In this document: positions 8,617 through 18,137 of the stretch, piece by piece | Layout: every line of letters begins with the position of its first letter | How positions within the stretch are numbered: position 1 is the stretch's first letter | Source: Alphaproteobacteria bacterium | GTDB taxonomy: Bacteria > Pseudomonadota > Alphaproteobacteria > Sphingomonadales > Sphingomonadaceae | Reading direction: 5' to 3' | DNA length: 64,000 nucleotides | Assembly (NCBI GenBank): GCA_005883305.1 | Contig: VBAC01000002.1 | Span: 178,527 to 242,526, forward strand | The notes under the pieces: generated by a model | Database searches by the model: none | Told to the model about the DNA's origin: nothing | Seen by the model: the letters and a program-made list of their open reading frames with translations, nothing else | Made by a program: the position numbers and the translations under genes

Positions 8617-8871
8617 TCAGCCGAGTCCCAGCGCTGCCTTGTAGGTGTCGAGCAAAGCCTCGGCCTCCTGGCGGACGTGGCTCTCCATCTTGCGCAGGCG
8701 CACCACGGTGCGCATCGTCTTTGGATCGTAGCCGCGGGCCTTGGCCTCAGCGTAGACGTCGCGGATATCGTCCGCCATCGCCTTCTTCTCCTCCTCGAGC
8801 CGCTCGATCCGCTCGATCAGCAGCCTGAGTTCGTCAGCCGCGATGCTTCCTTCCGCCAATTCACGCTCCAT
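8617..8871 (-). CDS. gapR: GapR / DUF2312 (UPF0335) nucleoid-associated protein
   Basis: 84-aa coiled-coil protein with [40 protein letters not shown], the hallmark of the alphaproteobacterial DUF2312 family. Confidence 0.8.
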   Translation of the reverse strand: MERELAEGSIAADELRLLIERIERLEEEKKAMADDIRDVYAEAKARGYDPKTMRTVVRLRKMESHVRQEAEALLDTYKAALGLG

Positions 8872-8963
8872 CGGATTCGGGTTGAGGAGCGGCTCTACGG
8901 GCTCCCCTCGCGGCGCTCAAGCGCCTTGCGCTCGCCCCTCTACCCTTTATTGCCCTTGGTCCG

Positions 8964-10442
8964 ATGCCGACCAAACAGAACAGCCAGAGCCGCTTCGTGC
9001 CGCGCAGCCGCAAGGTGCGCATTCTTGCCACCTTGGGGCCTGCTTCCGACACGCCGGCGATGATCCGCCGGCTCGCCGAGGCCGGCGCCGACGCCTTTCG
9101 AATCAACATGAGCCACGGCACCCACGCGGATCACGCCCGGCGGATCGCGGCGATCCGGGAGATCGAGCACGAGCTCGACCGGCCGACGACGATCGTCGCC
9201 GACCTGCAGGGGCCGAAGCTTCGCGTCGGCAGGTTCGCGGGCGACAAGGCGGTGCTGAAGAACGGGCAGCTCTTCACCTTCGACCGCGACAAGACGCCGG
9301 GCGATAGCAAGCGCGCCACCCTGCCCCATCCCGAAATTTTCGCCGCGGTCGAACCCGGGACCCGGCTGCTGGTCGACGACGGCAAGCTGGTCTTCCGGGT
9401 GATCGAGGCGGGCGCCGACAGGATCGAGACCAGGGTCGAGGTCGGCGGCACGATCTCCAACAACAAGGGCCTCAACGTGCCCGACGTGGTGCTTCCGCTG
9501 GCGGCGCTGACCGAGAAGGACCGCGCCGACCTCGCCTTCGCGCTCGAGCAGCATGTCGACTGGATCGCGCTCTCCTTCGTCCAGCGGCCCGAGGATGTGG
9601 CCGAGGCGCGGCGGCTGATCGGCGGCAAGGCCAATCTGCTCGCCAAGATCGAGAAGCCGGCGGCGATCGAGCGGCTGGAGGGCATATTGGAGCTCGCCGA
9701 CGCGGTGATGGTCGCTCGCGGCGACCTCGGCGTCGAGATGCCGCCCGAGGAGGTGCCGCCGCTTCAGAAGCGCATCGTCGAGGCGGCGCGGCGGATGGGG
9801 CGGCCGGTGGTCGTCGCGACCCAGATGCTCGAATCGATGATCTCCTCGCCCTCGCCGACCCGGGCCGAGGTCTCCGACGTCGCCACCGCGGTCTATGACG
9901 GCGCCGACGCGATCATGCTTTCGGCGGAGAGCGCCTCCGGCCAGTTTCCGTGCGAGGCGGTCGAGATGATGAACAAGATCGCGACCAGCGTCGAGCAGGA
10001 CCCGACGCACTATGCCCGGGTCCACTTCACCGAGACCCTGCCCGACGCGACCACCAACGACGCCATCGCGCGCGCCGCGAGCGATATCGTCCGCACCGTC
10101 ACCGCCAACGCCATCGTCTGCTTCACCAGCTCGGGCTCGACCGCGCGGCGGGTGGCGCGCGAGCGGCCGACCGTGCCGCTGCTGGTGCTGACGCCCTCGC
10201 TCAGGACCGCCCGGCACCTCGGGCTGTTGTGGGGGGCTCATGCGGTGCGCACCCGCGACGTCCACAGCTTCGAAGAAATGGTCGGCAAGTCGAAGCGCAT
10301 GGCGATCCGCCACGGCCTCGCCAAGGGCGGCGACCGGATCATCGTCACCGCCGGAGTGCCCTTCGGCGTCCCGGGGTCGACCAATGTCGTTCACGTCGCC
10401 CGGCTGATCGGGGACGAGCTGGAGAAGCACCGGGCGGGGTAA
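8964..10442 (+). CDS. pyk: pyruvate kinase
   Basis: KVRILATLGPAS...RINMSHG...DLQGPKLRVG...MVARGDLGVEMP...ATQMLESM motifs. 492 aa. Confidence 0.93.
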   Translation: MPTKQNSQSRFVPRSRKVRILATLGPASDTPAMIRRLAEAGADAFRINMSHGTHADHARRIAAIREIEHELDRPTTIVADLQGPKLRVGRFAGDKAVLKNGQLFTFDRDKTPGDSKRATLPHPEIFAAVEPGTRLLVDDGKLVFRVIEAGADRIETRVEVGGTISNNKGLNVPDVVLPLAALTEKDRADLAFALEQHVDWIALSFVQRPEDVAEARRLIGGKANLLAKIEKPAAIERLEGILELADAVMVARGDLGVEMPPEEVPPLQKRIVEAARRMGRPVVVATQMLESMISSPSPTRAEVSDVATAVYDGADAIMLSAESASGQFPCEAVEMMNKIATSVEQDPTHYARVHFTETLPDATTNDAIARAASDIVRTVTANAIVCFTSSGSTARRVARERPTVPLLVLTPSLRTARHLGLLWGAHAVRTRDVHSFEEMVGKSKRMAIRHGLAKGGDRIIVTAGVPFGVPGSTNVVHVARLIGDELEKHRAG

Positions 10443-10447
10443 CCCTT

Positions 10448-10567
10448 GAGTCATCCCGGCGAAAGCCGGGACCCATGAACACCGAGATATCCGTGAGAAG
10501 CGAAAGCGTCGTCGCTTTCTTCGGCACCATCGACGTTCATGGGTCCCGGCTTCCGCCGGGATGACTC
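10448..10567. repeat. intergenic inverted-repeat element, family B (33-nt termini gagtcatcccggcgaaagccgggacccatgaac)
   Basis: 10448-10480 and 10535-10567 are reverse complements with one mismatch. Lies between convergent pyk and the histidine phosphatase gene. The arm hairpin cccggcgaaagccggg is related to family A. Confidence 0.65.
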
Positions 10568-10576
10568 ATGAATCGC

Positions 10577-11341
10577 TCACCGCGTCGCCACCATCGCATC
10601 GGGCTCGGAGGTGACCGGGGCCGCCTCCTCGATCAAGGGCGCGGCGAAATTGTAGCGGGCGAGCCTTGGCACGCAGGCCTTGGCGTCGTCGGGCTCGAAA
10701 TCATATTCGCATACGCCGCAATTGACGACGTCGCCCTGGCTGTCGATCGCCAGGATCTGCGCCTCGTCGAGCTCCTCGAGGATGTAGCGAAGGCACAGGA
10801 CGACGACCTGGTGGCAGACGATCAGGACGCGGCGGTCGGCATGATGAAGGCTGACCGTGTCGAGCGCGCTCCTGAGGCGCAGGATGACGTCGGCCCAGCT
10901 CTCGCCGCCGGGCGCTCGGAAATAGAATTTGCCGAGGCGCGCGCGATGATCGGCGAGGTCGGGATGGCGCTGGCGGATGCCGCTCGTGGTCAGCCGGTCG
11001 AGGACGCCGAACTCGCGCTCGCGCAGGCGCTCGTCGACGATCGGCTGGCGGCCGCTCTCGCCCACCCCGCCCGCCTCGCAGATCGCCCGCGCCGTCTGGC
11101 GGGCCCGCACATAAGGCGAGGAGAGGACGATCTCGGGCTTCTGCTCTTCCGGCAAAGCGGCGAACCAGCGGCCCAGCGCCCGGGCCTGCTCGTGGCCGAG
11201 CTCGGAGAGCGGAACGTCGACGTCGCGCGTATCGATGTCGATCATTCCGAGATTGGCAGCCTGCGCCGCCTCGCTCGCGACGTTGCCGGCGCTCTGCCCG
11301 TGGCGGACGATCCACAGTTTCTCGGGCCACCTTTGTCTCAC
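10577..11341 (-). CDS. histidine phosphatase (phosphoglycerate mutase-like) family protein
   Basis: LWIVRHGQSAGN (RHG motif) and later HQVV (second His). The track ORF start (11476) overlaps the upstream HAD gene. An in-frame GTG at 11341 is the first plausible start, so the start is uncertain. Confidence 0.72.
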   Translation of the reverse strand: MRQRWPEKLWIVRHGQSAGNVASEAAQAANLGMIDIDTRDVDVPLSELGHEQARALGRWFAALPEEQKPEIVLSSPYVRARQTARAICEAGGVGESGRQPIVDERLREREFGVLDRLTTSGIRQRHPDLADHRARLGKFYFRAPGGESWADVILRLRSALDTVSLHHADRRVLIVCHQVVVLCLRYILEELDEAQILAIDSQGDVVNCGVCEYDFEPDDAKACVPRLARYNFAAPLIEEAAPVTSEPDAMVATR

Positions 11342-11372
11342 ACGCCGGATAATGCGCCCGGCGGGCAAAGGT

Positions 11373-11981
11373 TCAGAGCAGGCCTTCGGCCTCGAGCCTC
11401 GCGCGCAGGTCGTCCGCGCCGGTGAAGAGGTGGGCCTGCATGCCGATCGCCAGCGCGCCCTCGACGTTGACCGCACGGTCGTCGACCAGCAGCGCCTCGG
11501 CGGGCCTCAGCCGGAAGCGGTCGAGCGCCAGCCAGTAGATGGCGGGATCGGGCTTGAGCAGCTTGACCTCGCCGGAGACGAGGATGTCGCGGAAGCGCGC
11601 GAAGAAGGCCTGCTCGCGCGCGTGGAAAGGCGGCCAGAAATCGGCCGAGAAATTGGTGATCGCGAAGAGCGGCACGCCCCTGGCGTCGAGCGCCTCGACG
11701 ATCTCGTGCGTGCCCGGCACCGGGCCGGTGATCGTCTCGCCGAAGCGCTCGCTCCAGGCGGCGATCAAGTGGGCATATTCGGGGAAGCGCTCGTTGAGCT
11801 CGGCCGCGGCCTCGGTATAGGGCCGGCCGCCATCGAGCGTCTCGTGCCAGGCGAAGAGCGCCGTGTCCTCGATGAACCGCAGCCGCGCCTCGTCGTCCGC
11901 GATCTGGCGGACGAGGAAGGAATCGGGATCCCAGCCGTAGAGGACGTTGCCGACGTCGAAGACGACGGCGGAAATAGCCAC
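11373..11981 (-). CDS. HAD-superfamily hydrolase, subfamily IA
   Basis: Motif I AVVFDVGNVL, motif II AITNFS, motif III/IV K...LLVDD. GTG start 8 nt after the rpmJ stop. Confidence 0.78.
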   Translation of the reverse strand: MAISAVVFDVGNVLYGWDPDSFLVRQIADDEARLRFIEDTALFAWHETLDGGRPYTEAAAELNERFPEYAHLIAAWSERFGETITGPVPGTHEIVEALDARGVPLFAITNFSADFWPPFHAREQAFFARFRDILVSGEVKLLKPDPAIYWLALDRFRLRPAEALLVDDRAVNVEGALAIGMQAHLFTGADDLRARLEAEGLL

Positions 11982-11988
11982 CTGAGGC

Positions 11989-12114
11989 TTAGCCCTGGCG
12001 CGCCTTGAAACGGCGGTTGGTCTTGTTGATGACGTAGGTGCGGCCCCGGCGGCGGATCACGCGGCAGTCGCGGTGGCGCGACTTGAGGGACTTCAAGGAG
12101 TTGCGGATCTTCAT
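11989..12114 (-). CDS. rpmJ: 50S ribosomal protein L36 (41 aa; too short for the supplied ORF track)
   Basis: My translation of the minus strand gives [41 protein letters not shown], the near-invariant L36 sequence. Confidence 0.9.
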   Translation of the reverse strand: MKIRNSLKSLKSRHRDCRVIRRRGRTYVINKTNRRFKARQG

Positions 12115-12193
12115 GGCCTGGAACGCCTGCCTGTCTTCTATCGATGCTGTTGTGCGGAGAATTGCGAGGCGCCCACCTAGTGGCGGAGGCGTT

Positions 12194-13198
12194 TCAAGTC
12201 AAGCGCGAGGCCAGCTTGCGCTCCCAGGCCAAAGCGTCGGCGACGATGGTGTCGAGATCGTCGCGCTCGGGGCGCCAATCGAGCGTTTCAAGGATTCGGC
12301 GATTGTCGGCGACGACCGAGGGCGGATCGCCCGCCCGGCGCGGCGCGGCTCGGCGTTCGATCGCCCGACCGGCGACCCGGTCGACGCTCTCGAACACCTC
12401 CAGCACCGAAAAACCGTGGCCATAGCCGCAGTTGAGCAGCAGATTCTCGTCCGGCCTGGCGATCAGCCGCTCGAGCGTGCGCACATGGGCCTCCGCGAGG
12501 TCGGTCACGTGGATATAGTCGCGTACGCCGGTGCCGTCGGGCGTATCGAAATCGGTGCCGTAAATGTCGACGTGTCCGCGCTTGCCGGCCGCCGCCTCGA
12601 CCGCGACCTTGACCAGATGGGTCGCGCCCTCGGTGGAGAGCCCGGCGCGGCCGCGCGGGTCGGCGCCGGCGACGTTGAAATAGCGCAGGATGCCGACGCT
12701 CAAGGGATGGGCCGCGGCCGCGTCGGCAAGCATACGCTCGGTCATCAGCTTCGAGGCGCCATAGGGGTTGATCGGCGCCGTGGGCGAGTCCTCGGCCACC
12801 GGCATCGTGTTGGGGATGCCGTAGACCGCGGCGGTCGAGGAGAAGATGAAGCGGCGGACCCCGCCTTCGATGGCCCCGGCGATCAAGGCGCGGCTCTTCA
12901 CCGTGTTGTTCTCGTAATATTTGAGCGGGTCGGCGACGGATTCGGGGACCACGACCGACCCCGCGAAGTGCATGATCGCACCGATCCGGTGCTCCTCGAT
13001 CAGGCGCGCGACCAGCGCGCGGTCGGCGATGTCGCCCTTGGCGAAGGCCGCGCCCTCGGGAACGGCCCAGGCGAAGCCGGTCGAAAGATCGTCGAGCACG
13101 ACCACCGGCCAGCCGGCGTCGAGCAGCGCCAGAACGGCATGGCTGCCGATATAGCCGGCGCCCCCGGTCACCAGCACCGCCGTCTTTCCTTCAGCCAT
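12194..13198 (-). CDS. galE: UDP-glucose 4-epimerase
   Basis: [16 protein letters not shown] motif, [13 protein letters not shown] (YxxxK). 334 aa. Confidence 0.9.
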   Translation of the reverse strand: MAEGKTAVLVTGGAGYIGSHAVLALLDAGWPVVVLDDLSTGFAWAVPEGAAFAKGDIADRALVARLIEEHRIGAIMHFAGSVVVPESVADPLKYYENNTVKSRALIAGAIEGGVRRFIFSSTAAVYGIPNTMPVAEDSPTAPINPYGASKLMTERMLADAAAAHPLSVGILRYFNVAGADPRGRAGLSTEGATHLVKVAVEAAAGKRGHVDIYGTDFDTPDGTGVRDYIHVTDLAEAHVRTLERLIARPDENLLLNCGYGHGFSVLEVFESVDRVAGRAIERRAAPRRAGDPPSVVADNRRILETLDWRPERDDLDTIVADALAWERKLASRLT

Positions 13199-13286
13199 TC
13201 GCGTCCCTGTTTGTCCGATGCAGCAAAATCGGGCTAAACTCGTTACACCTCCATACAGTCTCGCTGGTTAAGAACGAGGTGGACAT

Positions 13287-13904
13287 ATGAGCAAATTCGC
13301 ATCCCGCTGTGCCGCGTTGCTTGCCCTTGCCGCCCTTGGGGGCTGCGCCGCCGATCAGGGCGTCCAGCGCTATGCGACGGCGACCAGCTTCCACCTCGGC
13401 CAGCTGATCGCGCGCGGAGAGATCGCGATCGAGCCGGCCGCAGCCGGCGATTCGGGAAGCCTCGAATTCGGCCAGATCGCCGCCTCGGTCGAGCGCGAGC
13501 TGGCCCGGCTCGGCTGGAACGTCGTCCACGGCAATGCGCGTTCCGAGCAGGTCGCGGTGATTCGCGTCGACCAGTCCGCGCACCTCGTCCAGGGATCGGG
13601 CTTCAGCATCGGCGTCGGAGTCGGCGGGGCCGATTACGGCCGCTACGGCCACGGGGGCGGAGTCGCCGGCGGCGTAGGCGCGACGATCCCGATCACCGGC
13701 CAGCCCAACCAAGTCGTCGCGACGCAGCTCGCGGTGCGAATCCAGCGCCGCTCCGACGCGACCGTGGCCTGGGAAGGCCATGCCGAAATGGAGGCCCTCG
13801 GCGGCACTCCGCTGGCCAGCCGGGCAGGCGCCGCGGACCGGCTCGCGGCGGCTCTGTTTCAGGACTTCCCCGGAGAGTCTGGTCGCACTATCAGGGTCCG
13901 CTGA
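13287..13904 (+). CDS. putative lipoprotein (possibly DUF4136-like)
   Basis: Lipobox LAALGGC near the N-terminus. Gly-rich central loop. No catalytic motif recognised. Confidence 0.55.
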   Translation: MSKFASRCAALLALAALGGCAADQGVQRYATATSFHLGQLIARGEIAIEPAAAGDSGSLEFGQIAASVERELARLGWNVVHGNARSEQVAVIRVDQSAHLVQGSGFSIGVGVGGADYGRYGHGGGVAGGVGATIPITGQPNQVVATQLAVRIQRRSDATVAWEGHAEMEALGGTPLASRAGAADRLAAALFQDFPGESGRTIRVR

Positions 13905-13931
13905 CGCCCCGTAGCTTTTCCCAAGGATAAG

Positions 13932-15068
13932 ATGACTCTCTCAGTTTCCAGCGCCTTCGACGGCGGCAACATTCGCCTGGTCGCCATCGAGGGCGACCGC
14001 ATCGACCTCGAAATCGTCAAGGACCACCAGTCCGATTTCTACCAGTGGTTCTACTTCCGGCTGACCGGCGGCGCCGGGCGCTCGCTGACGCTGCGAATCA
14101 CCAATTGCGCCGGCGCCGCCTACCCAATGGGCTGGGACGGCTACAATGCCTGCATTTCCGAGGACCGCGAGGATTGGCGCCGCACGCCGTCGACCTATCG
14201 CGACGGCGTTCTGACGATCGCCTTGACACCGTCCACCGACAGCCTGTGGGTCGCCTATTTCGCGCCTTATACGATGGAGCGGCACCACGATCTCGTCGCG
14301 TCCGTCGCGGCGGTTCCGGGCGTGCATTATCGCTCGCTCGGCCAGACCCTCGACGGGCGCGAGCTCGATTATTTCAGGTTAGACGGCGGCTCGTTGCAGG
14401 TTTGGCTCTACGCCCGCCAGCATCCGGGCGAGACGATGGCCGAATGGTGGATGGAGGGCGCGCTCGAGCGGCTGCTCGACGATTCCGACCCGGTGATCCG
14501 CCGGCTGCGCGACAAGGCCACCTTCCACGTCGTTCCGAACATGAATCCGGACGGCTCCTTCCGCGGCCATCTGCGCACCAACGCGGCCGGGGTGAACCTC
14601 AACCGCGAATGGCACGCGCCGAGCGCCGAGAAGAGCCCGGAAGTGCTCTACGTCCGCGAGGAGATGGACAGGACCGGAGTCGACTTCGCCATGGACGTTC
14701 ACGGCGACGAGGCGATCGCCGCCAATTTCCTCGCGGGATTCGAAGGCATCCCTTCGTGGAAGCAGGCGCAGCAGGATCTGTTCGACGCCTTCAGCCAGGC
14801 GCTGGTCGCGACGACGCCCGATTTCCAGACCGACCGGGGCTATGAGATCCCCGCCCCGGGCCAGGCGAACCTTTCGATGTCCACCGCCCAGCTCGCCGAG
14901 CGCTTCGGCGCGGTGTCGATGACGCTGGAGATGCCGTTCAAGGACAATGCCGACCTTCCCGATCCGGTCTACGGCTGGTCCCCCGACCGCTGCCGGCTGC
15001 TCGCCCGCGCCTGCCTCGATTCGCTGCACGCGGTGATCGACCGGATCGGGGACTACCGGAAGGGCTGA
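13932..15068 (+). CDS. M14 family zinc carboxypeptidase (cytosolic-carboxypeptidase-like, with N-terminal beta-sandwich domain)
   Basis: Zn motif [13 protein letters not shown] (HxxE), [14 protein letters not shown], and a later His in MDVHGDE. No signal peptide. Confidence 0.8.
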   Translation: MTLSVSSAFDGGNIRLVAIEGDRIDLEIVKDHQSDFYQWFYFRLTGGAGRSLTLRITNCAGAAYPMGWDGYNACISEDREDWRRTPSTYRDGVLTIALTPSTDSLWVAYFAPYTMERHHDLVASVAAVPGVHYRSLGQTLDGRELDYFRLDGGSLQVWLYARQHPGETMAEWWMEGALERLLDDSDPVIRRLRDKATFHVVPNMNPDGSFRGHLRTNAAGVNLNREWHAPSAEKSPEVLYVREEMDRTGVDFAMDVHGDEAIAANFLAGFEGIPSWKQAQQDLFDAFSQALVATTPDFQTDRGYEIPAPGQANLSMSTAQLAERFGAVSMTLEMPFKDNADLPDPVYGWSPDRCRLLARACLDSLHAVIDRIGDYRKG

Positions 15069-15754
15069 TGCCCAAGCTCGTTCTGATTCGGCACGGCCAG
15101 TCGGCCTGGAACCTCGAAAACCGCTTCACCGGCTGGTGGGACGTCGGCCTGACGCCCCAAGGCGAGGCCGAGGCCAAGGCGGCGGGCGAGTTGATGGCCG
15201 CGCGGGCGCTCGATTTCGACCTGTGCTTCACCAGCCTTCAGACGCGGGCGATCAAGACTCTGAACATCGCGTTGGAGGCGATGGGGCGGCTGTGGCTGCC
15301 GGTGGAGAAGAACTGGCGGCTGAACGAGCGGCATTATGGCGGCCTCACCGGCCTGGACAAGGCGGAGACGGCGGCCAAGCACGGCGCGGAGCAGGTGCAC
15401 GTCTGGCGGCGCTCGTTCGACGTTCCGCCGCCGCCGCTGGAGGCGGGGAGTCCCTACGACCTCAGCGGCGACCGGCGCTACGCCGGCGTCGAGGTGCCGG
15501 CGACGGAGAGCCTCAAGGACACGATCGCGCGGGTCCTGCCTTATTGGGAGGAGCGGATCGCGCCGGCGCTGCGCGACGGGCAGCGGGTGCTGATCTCCGC
15601 CCACGGCAATTCGCTGAGGGCGCTGGTGAAGCACCTCTCGCAAATCCCCGACGACGAGATCACCGCGCTCGAAATCCCGACCGGCCAGCCGATCGTCTAT
15701 GCGCTCGACGACGCATTGGCCCCGACCGACCGCTACTATTTGAAGGACCGCTGA
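15068..15754 (+). CDS. gpmA: 2,3-bisphosphoglycerate-dependent phosphoglycerate mutase
   Basis: [23 protein letters not shown]...[11 protein letters not shown]...[10 protein letters not shown]. The ATG overlaps the M14 stop (TGATG). Confidence 0.93.
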   Translation: MPKLVLIRHGQSAWNLENRFTGWWDVGLTPQGEAEAKAAGELMAARALDFDLCFTSLQTRAIKTLNIALEAMGRLWLPVEKNWRLNERHYGGLTGLDKAETAAKHGAEQVHVWRRSFDVPPPPLEAGSPYDLSGDRRYAGVEVPATESLKDTIARVLPYWEERIAPALRDGQRVLISAHGNSLRALVKHLSQIPDDEITALEIPTGQPIVYALDDALAPTDRYYLKDR

Positions 15755-15808
15755 GCCCTCTTTCGTCGCGCGAGCCTGAAACCCTCCCCCCAGGGAGAGG
15801 GGCTTTCG

Positions 15809-16417
15809 TCAGAACTCCTTGACGCGCTCGCGGTTACGCGCCGAGCGGCGGAGAACCTCCTCGACCGTGTCGCCGGGCATGATCGTCGCCACGCTGACGG
15901 TAACGTCGAGCGGAACGACGGCGTGGCCGATGTCGAGCGGGTGGGCGGCCACGCAGCGGGCGATACGCTCCGCCGTGTCGAGCGCGGAATCGGCGTCGAG
16001 ATGATCGAGCAGCAGCGAGAAGGCGCCGCCGCCGCCCCTGGCGGCAACGTCGCTCGCGCGAATGAGGCTCTTGAGCTGGCGGGCGATCTGGCGAAGCGCG
16101 GCGTCTCCGGCGACCCGGCCGTGGCCGTCGTTGATCGCCTTGAGATCGCTGACGTCGACCGAGATCAGCGCGGCCGGCGTGCCGTGGCGCGAGGACTGGC
16201 TGAGCACGCGCTCGAGCTCGATGCGGAACTGGCGGGGATCGAGCAGGGCCGTCAGCGGATCGCGGCCCGAGGCCTCTTCCGCCTCGCCCAGCCGGGCGCG
16301 CGCCTCGGCGAGCGCGGCGCGAAGCAACGCATTCTCGTCGTTGAGACGCGCCAGTTCCGCGCGCGCTTCGGGATCGGGCGCGTTCACGGTTGCGACATTG
16401 GCCTTTCGCCGTGCCAT
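15809..16417 (-). CDS. coiled-coil plus degenerate GGDEF domain protein (GGGAF in place of GGDEF; RxxD I-site retained)
   Basis: DPLTALLDPRQF, VDVSDLKAINDGHGRVAGDAAL, RASDVAARGGGGAFSLLL. An in-frame ATG at 16417 is preferred over the TTG at 16426. Confidence 0.75.
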   Translation of the reverse strand: MARRKANVATVNAPDPEARAELARLNDENALLRAALAEARARLGEAEEASGRDPLTALLDPRQFRIELERVLSQSSRHGTPAALISVDVSDLKAINDGHGRVAGDAALRQIARQLKSLIRASDVAARGGGGAFSLLLDHLDADSALDTAERIARCVAAHPLDIGHAVVPLDVTVSVATIMPGDTVEEVLRRSARNRERVKEF

Positions 16418-16501
16418 GAGTCGCAAATTAGGCCGTGAAGGTTAACGCATCGCTTAGCGCGCGCCGATTGCGGTGCCGCCGCGTGCAATCTAGAGGGGCT
16501 C

Positions 16502-16987
16502 ATGGCAGACGCGCCTCTCGTCGGGATCATCATGGGCAGCCGCTCCGATTGGGAGACGATGCGCCACGCGGCCGAGACTTTGGACTCGCTCGGCATCGCC
16601 TACGAGACACGCGTGGTTTCCGCGCACCGGACGCCGGAACGGCTCTACGACTATGCGCGGAGCGCTGCGGAGCGCGGGCTCAAGGTGATCGTCGCCGGCG
16701 CCGGCGGGGCGGCGCATCTGCCCGGCATGGCCGCCTCGATGACCCGCCTTCCGGTGCTCGGCGTGCCGGTCGAATCCAAAGCGCTGAAGGGCATGGACAG
16801 CCTGCTGTCGATCGTCCAGATGCCGGCCGGGATCCCCGTCGGAACGCTGGCGATCGGCCGGCCGGGCGCGACCAATGCGGGCCTCCTCGCAGCCGCGATC
16901 CTCGCCACCTCGGACGAGGCTTTGGCGGCCCGAATCGACGCCTGGCGCAAGGCGCAGACCGACGGCGTCGCCGAACGGCCCGAATGA
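16502..16987 (+). CDS. purE: N5-carboxyaminoimidazole ribonucleotide mutase
   Basis: [14 protein letters not shown]...VVSAHRTP...[10 protein letters not shown]...GVPV. Confidence 0.93.
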   Translation: MADAPLVGIIMGSRSDWETMRHAAETLDSLGIAYETRVVSAHRTPERLYDYARSAAERGLKVIVAGAGGAAHLPGMAASMTRLPVLGVPVESKALKGMDSLLSIVQMPAGIPVGTLAIGRPGATNAGLLAAAILATSDEALAARIDAWRKAQTDGVAERPE

Positions 16988-16997
16988 CGGCGGCCGA

Positions 16998-18059
16998 ATG
17001 ATATTGGCGCCCGGCTCGACCATCGGAATCGTCGGCGGCGGACAGCTCGGGCGGATGCTGGCGATGGCGGCCGCGCAGCTCGGCTACAAATGCCATGTCT
17101 ACGCGCCCGACGCGGACAGCGTCGCGGCCGAAGTTTCGGGCCGCTTCACGCGGGCCGCCTTCGACGACGAGGCAGCGCTCGCCCGCTTCGCCGCCGACGT
17201 CGACGTGGTGACGTACGAGTTCGAGAACATCCCGACCCGGCCGCTCGCCGCGCTGCCCTGCGTCCGCCCGCCGATCCGCGCGCTGGAGACGTCGCAGGAC
17301 CGGCTGGCCGAGAAGAATTTCGTCGTCTCGCTGGGCGGCCGGCCGGCGCCGTTCGCCGCGGTGGACGACCTGCCGGGACTGGAGCGCGCGCTGGCCGAGA
17401 TCGGCGCGCCGGCGATCCTCAAGACTCGGCGCTTCGGCTATGACGGCAAGGGCCAGGCGCGGATCGACGGCCGGGCCGACGCCGCGCGCGCCTGGGAGGC
17501 CCTGGGCGGCGCGCCCTCGATCCTCGAAGGTTTCGTCGCCTTCGATGCCGAATTCTCGGTCCTGCTCTGCCGCGGGACCGGCGGCGAAACCATGCTTTGG
17601 GACTGCCCGCGCAATCGCCACGAGGGCGGCATCCTGGTGTCCTCGAGCGTGCCCGCCGGGGCGGAGCTGGCCGGCGCGATCGCCGCGGGGCGCTCGCTGG
17701 CCGCAAGGATCGCCGAGGGGCTGGATTATGCCGGGGTGATGGCGGTCGAGTTTTTCGCTTGTCGAGGCGAGGCGATCTTCAACGAGATGGCGCCGCGGGT
17801 CCACAATAGCGGCCACTGGACGATCGAGGGCGCGCGCACCTCCCAGTTCGAAAACCACATCCGGGCGATCTGCGGTCTTCCGCTGGGCGCGACCGACCTT
17901 GCCGCGCCGCGGGTGGAGATGGCCAATCTCGTCGGGGAACAGGCGGACGAGTGGAGCGAGATTCTCGCCGATCCCGCCGCGCACCTACACCTCTACGGCA
18001 AGGGCGAGGCGCGCCCCGGCCGCAAGATGGGTCACGTCACCCGGCTCCTGAACGACTGA
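16998..18059 (+). CDS. purK: N5-carboxyaminoimidazole ribonucleotide synthase
   Basis: Internal ATG at 16998 gives MILAPGSTIGIVGGGQLGRMLAMAA... ATP-grasp body follows, with ...APRVHNSGHWT...GRKMGHV. Confidence 0.9.
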   Translation: MILAPGSTIGIVGGGQLGRMLAMAAAQLGYKCHVYAPDADSVAAEVSGRFTRAAFDDEAALARFAADVDVVTYEFENIPTRPLAALPCVRPPIRALETSQDRLAEKNFVVSLGGRPAPFAAVDDLPGLERALAEIGAPAILKTRRFGYDGKGQARIDGRADAARAWEALGGAPSILEGFVAFDAEFSVLLCRGTGGETMLWDCPRNRHEGGILVSSSVPAGAELAGAIAAGRSLAARIAEGLDYAGVMAVEFFACRGEAIFNEMAPRVHNSGHWTIEGARTSQFENHIRAICGLPLGATDLAAPRVEMANLVGEQADEWSEILADPAAHLHLYGKGEARPGRKMGHVTRLLND

Positions 18060-18101
18060 GCCCCCCGCCGCTGGCGCGGCGGAGGGCCCAATTCGGATGC
18101 C

Positions 18102-18127
18102 GGGGACAGTTACTAGTAACTGTCCCC
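18102..18127. repeat. perfect 26-bp palindrome ggggacagttactagtaactgtcccc between convergent purK and the M16 peptidase gene
   Basis: Checked base by base as self-complementary. AT-rich core with an ACTAGT centre in a GC-rich genome. No U/T tract on either side. Confidence 0.8.
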
Positions 18128-18137
18128 AATTGCAGCG

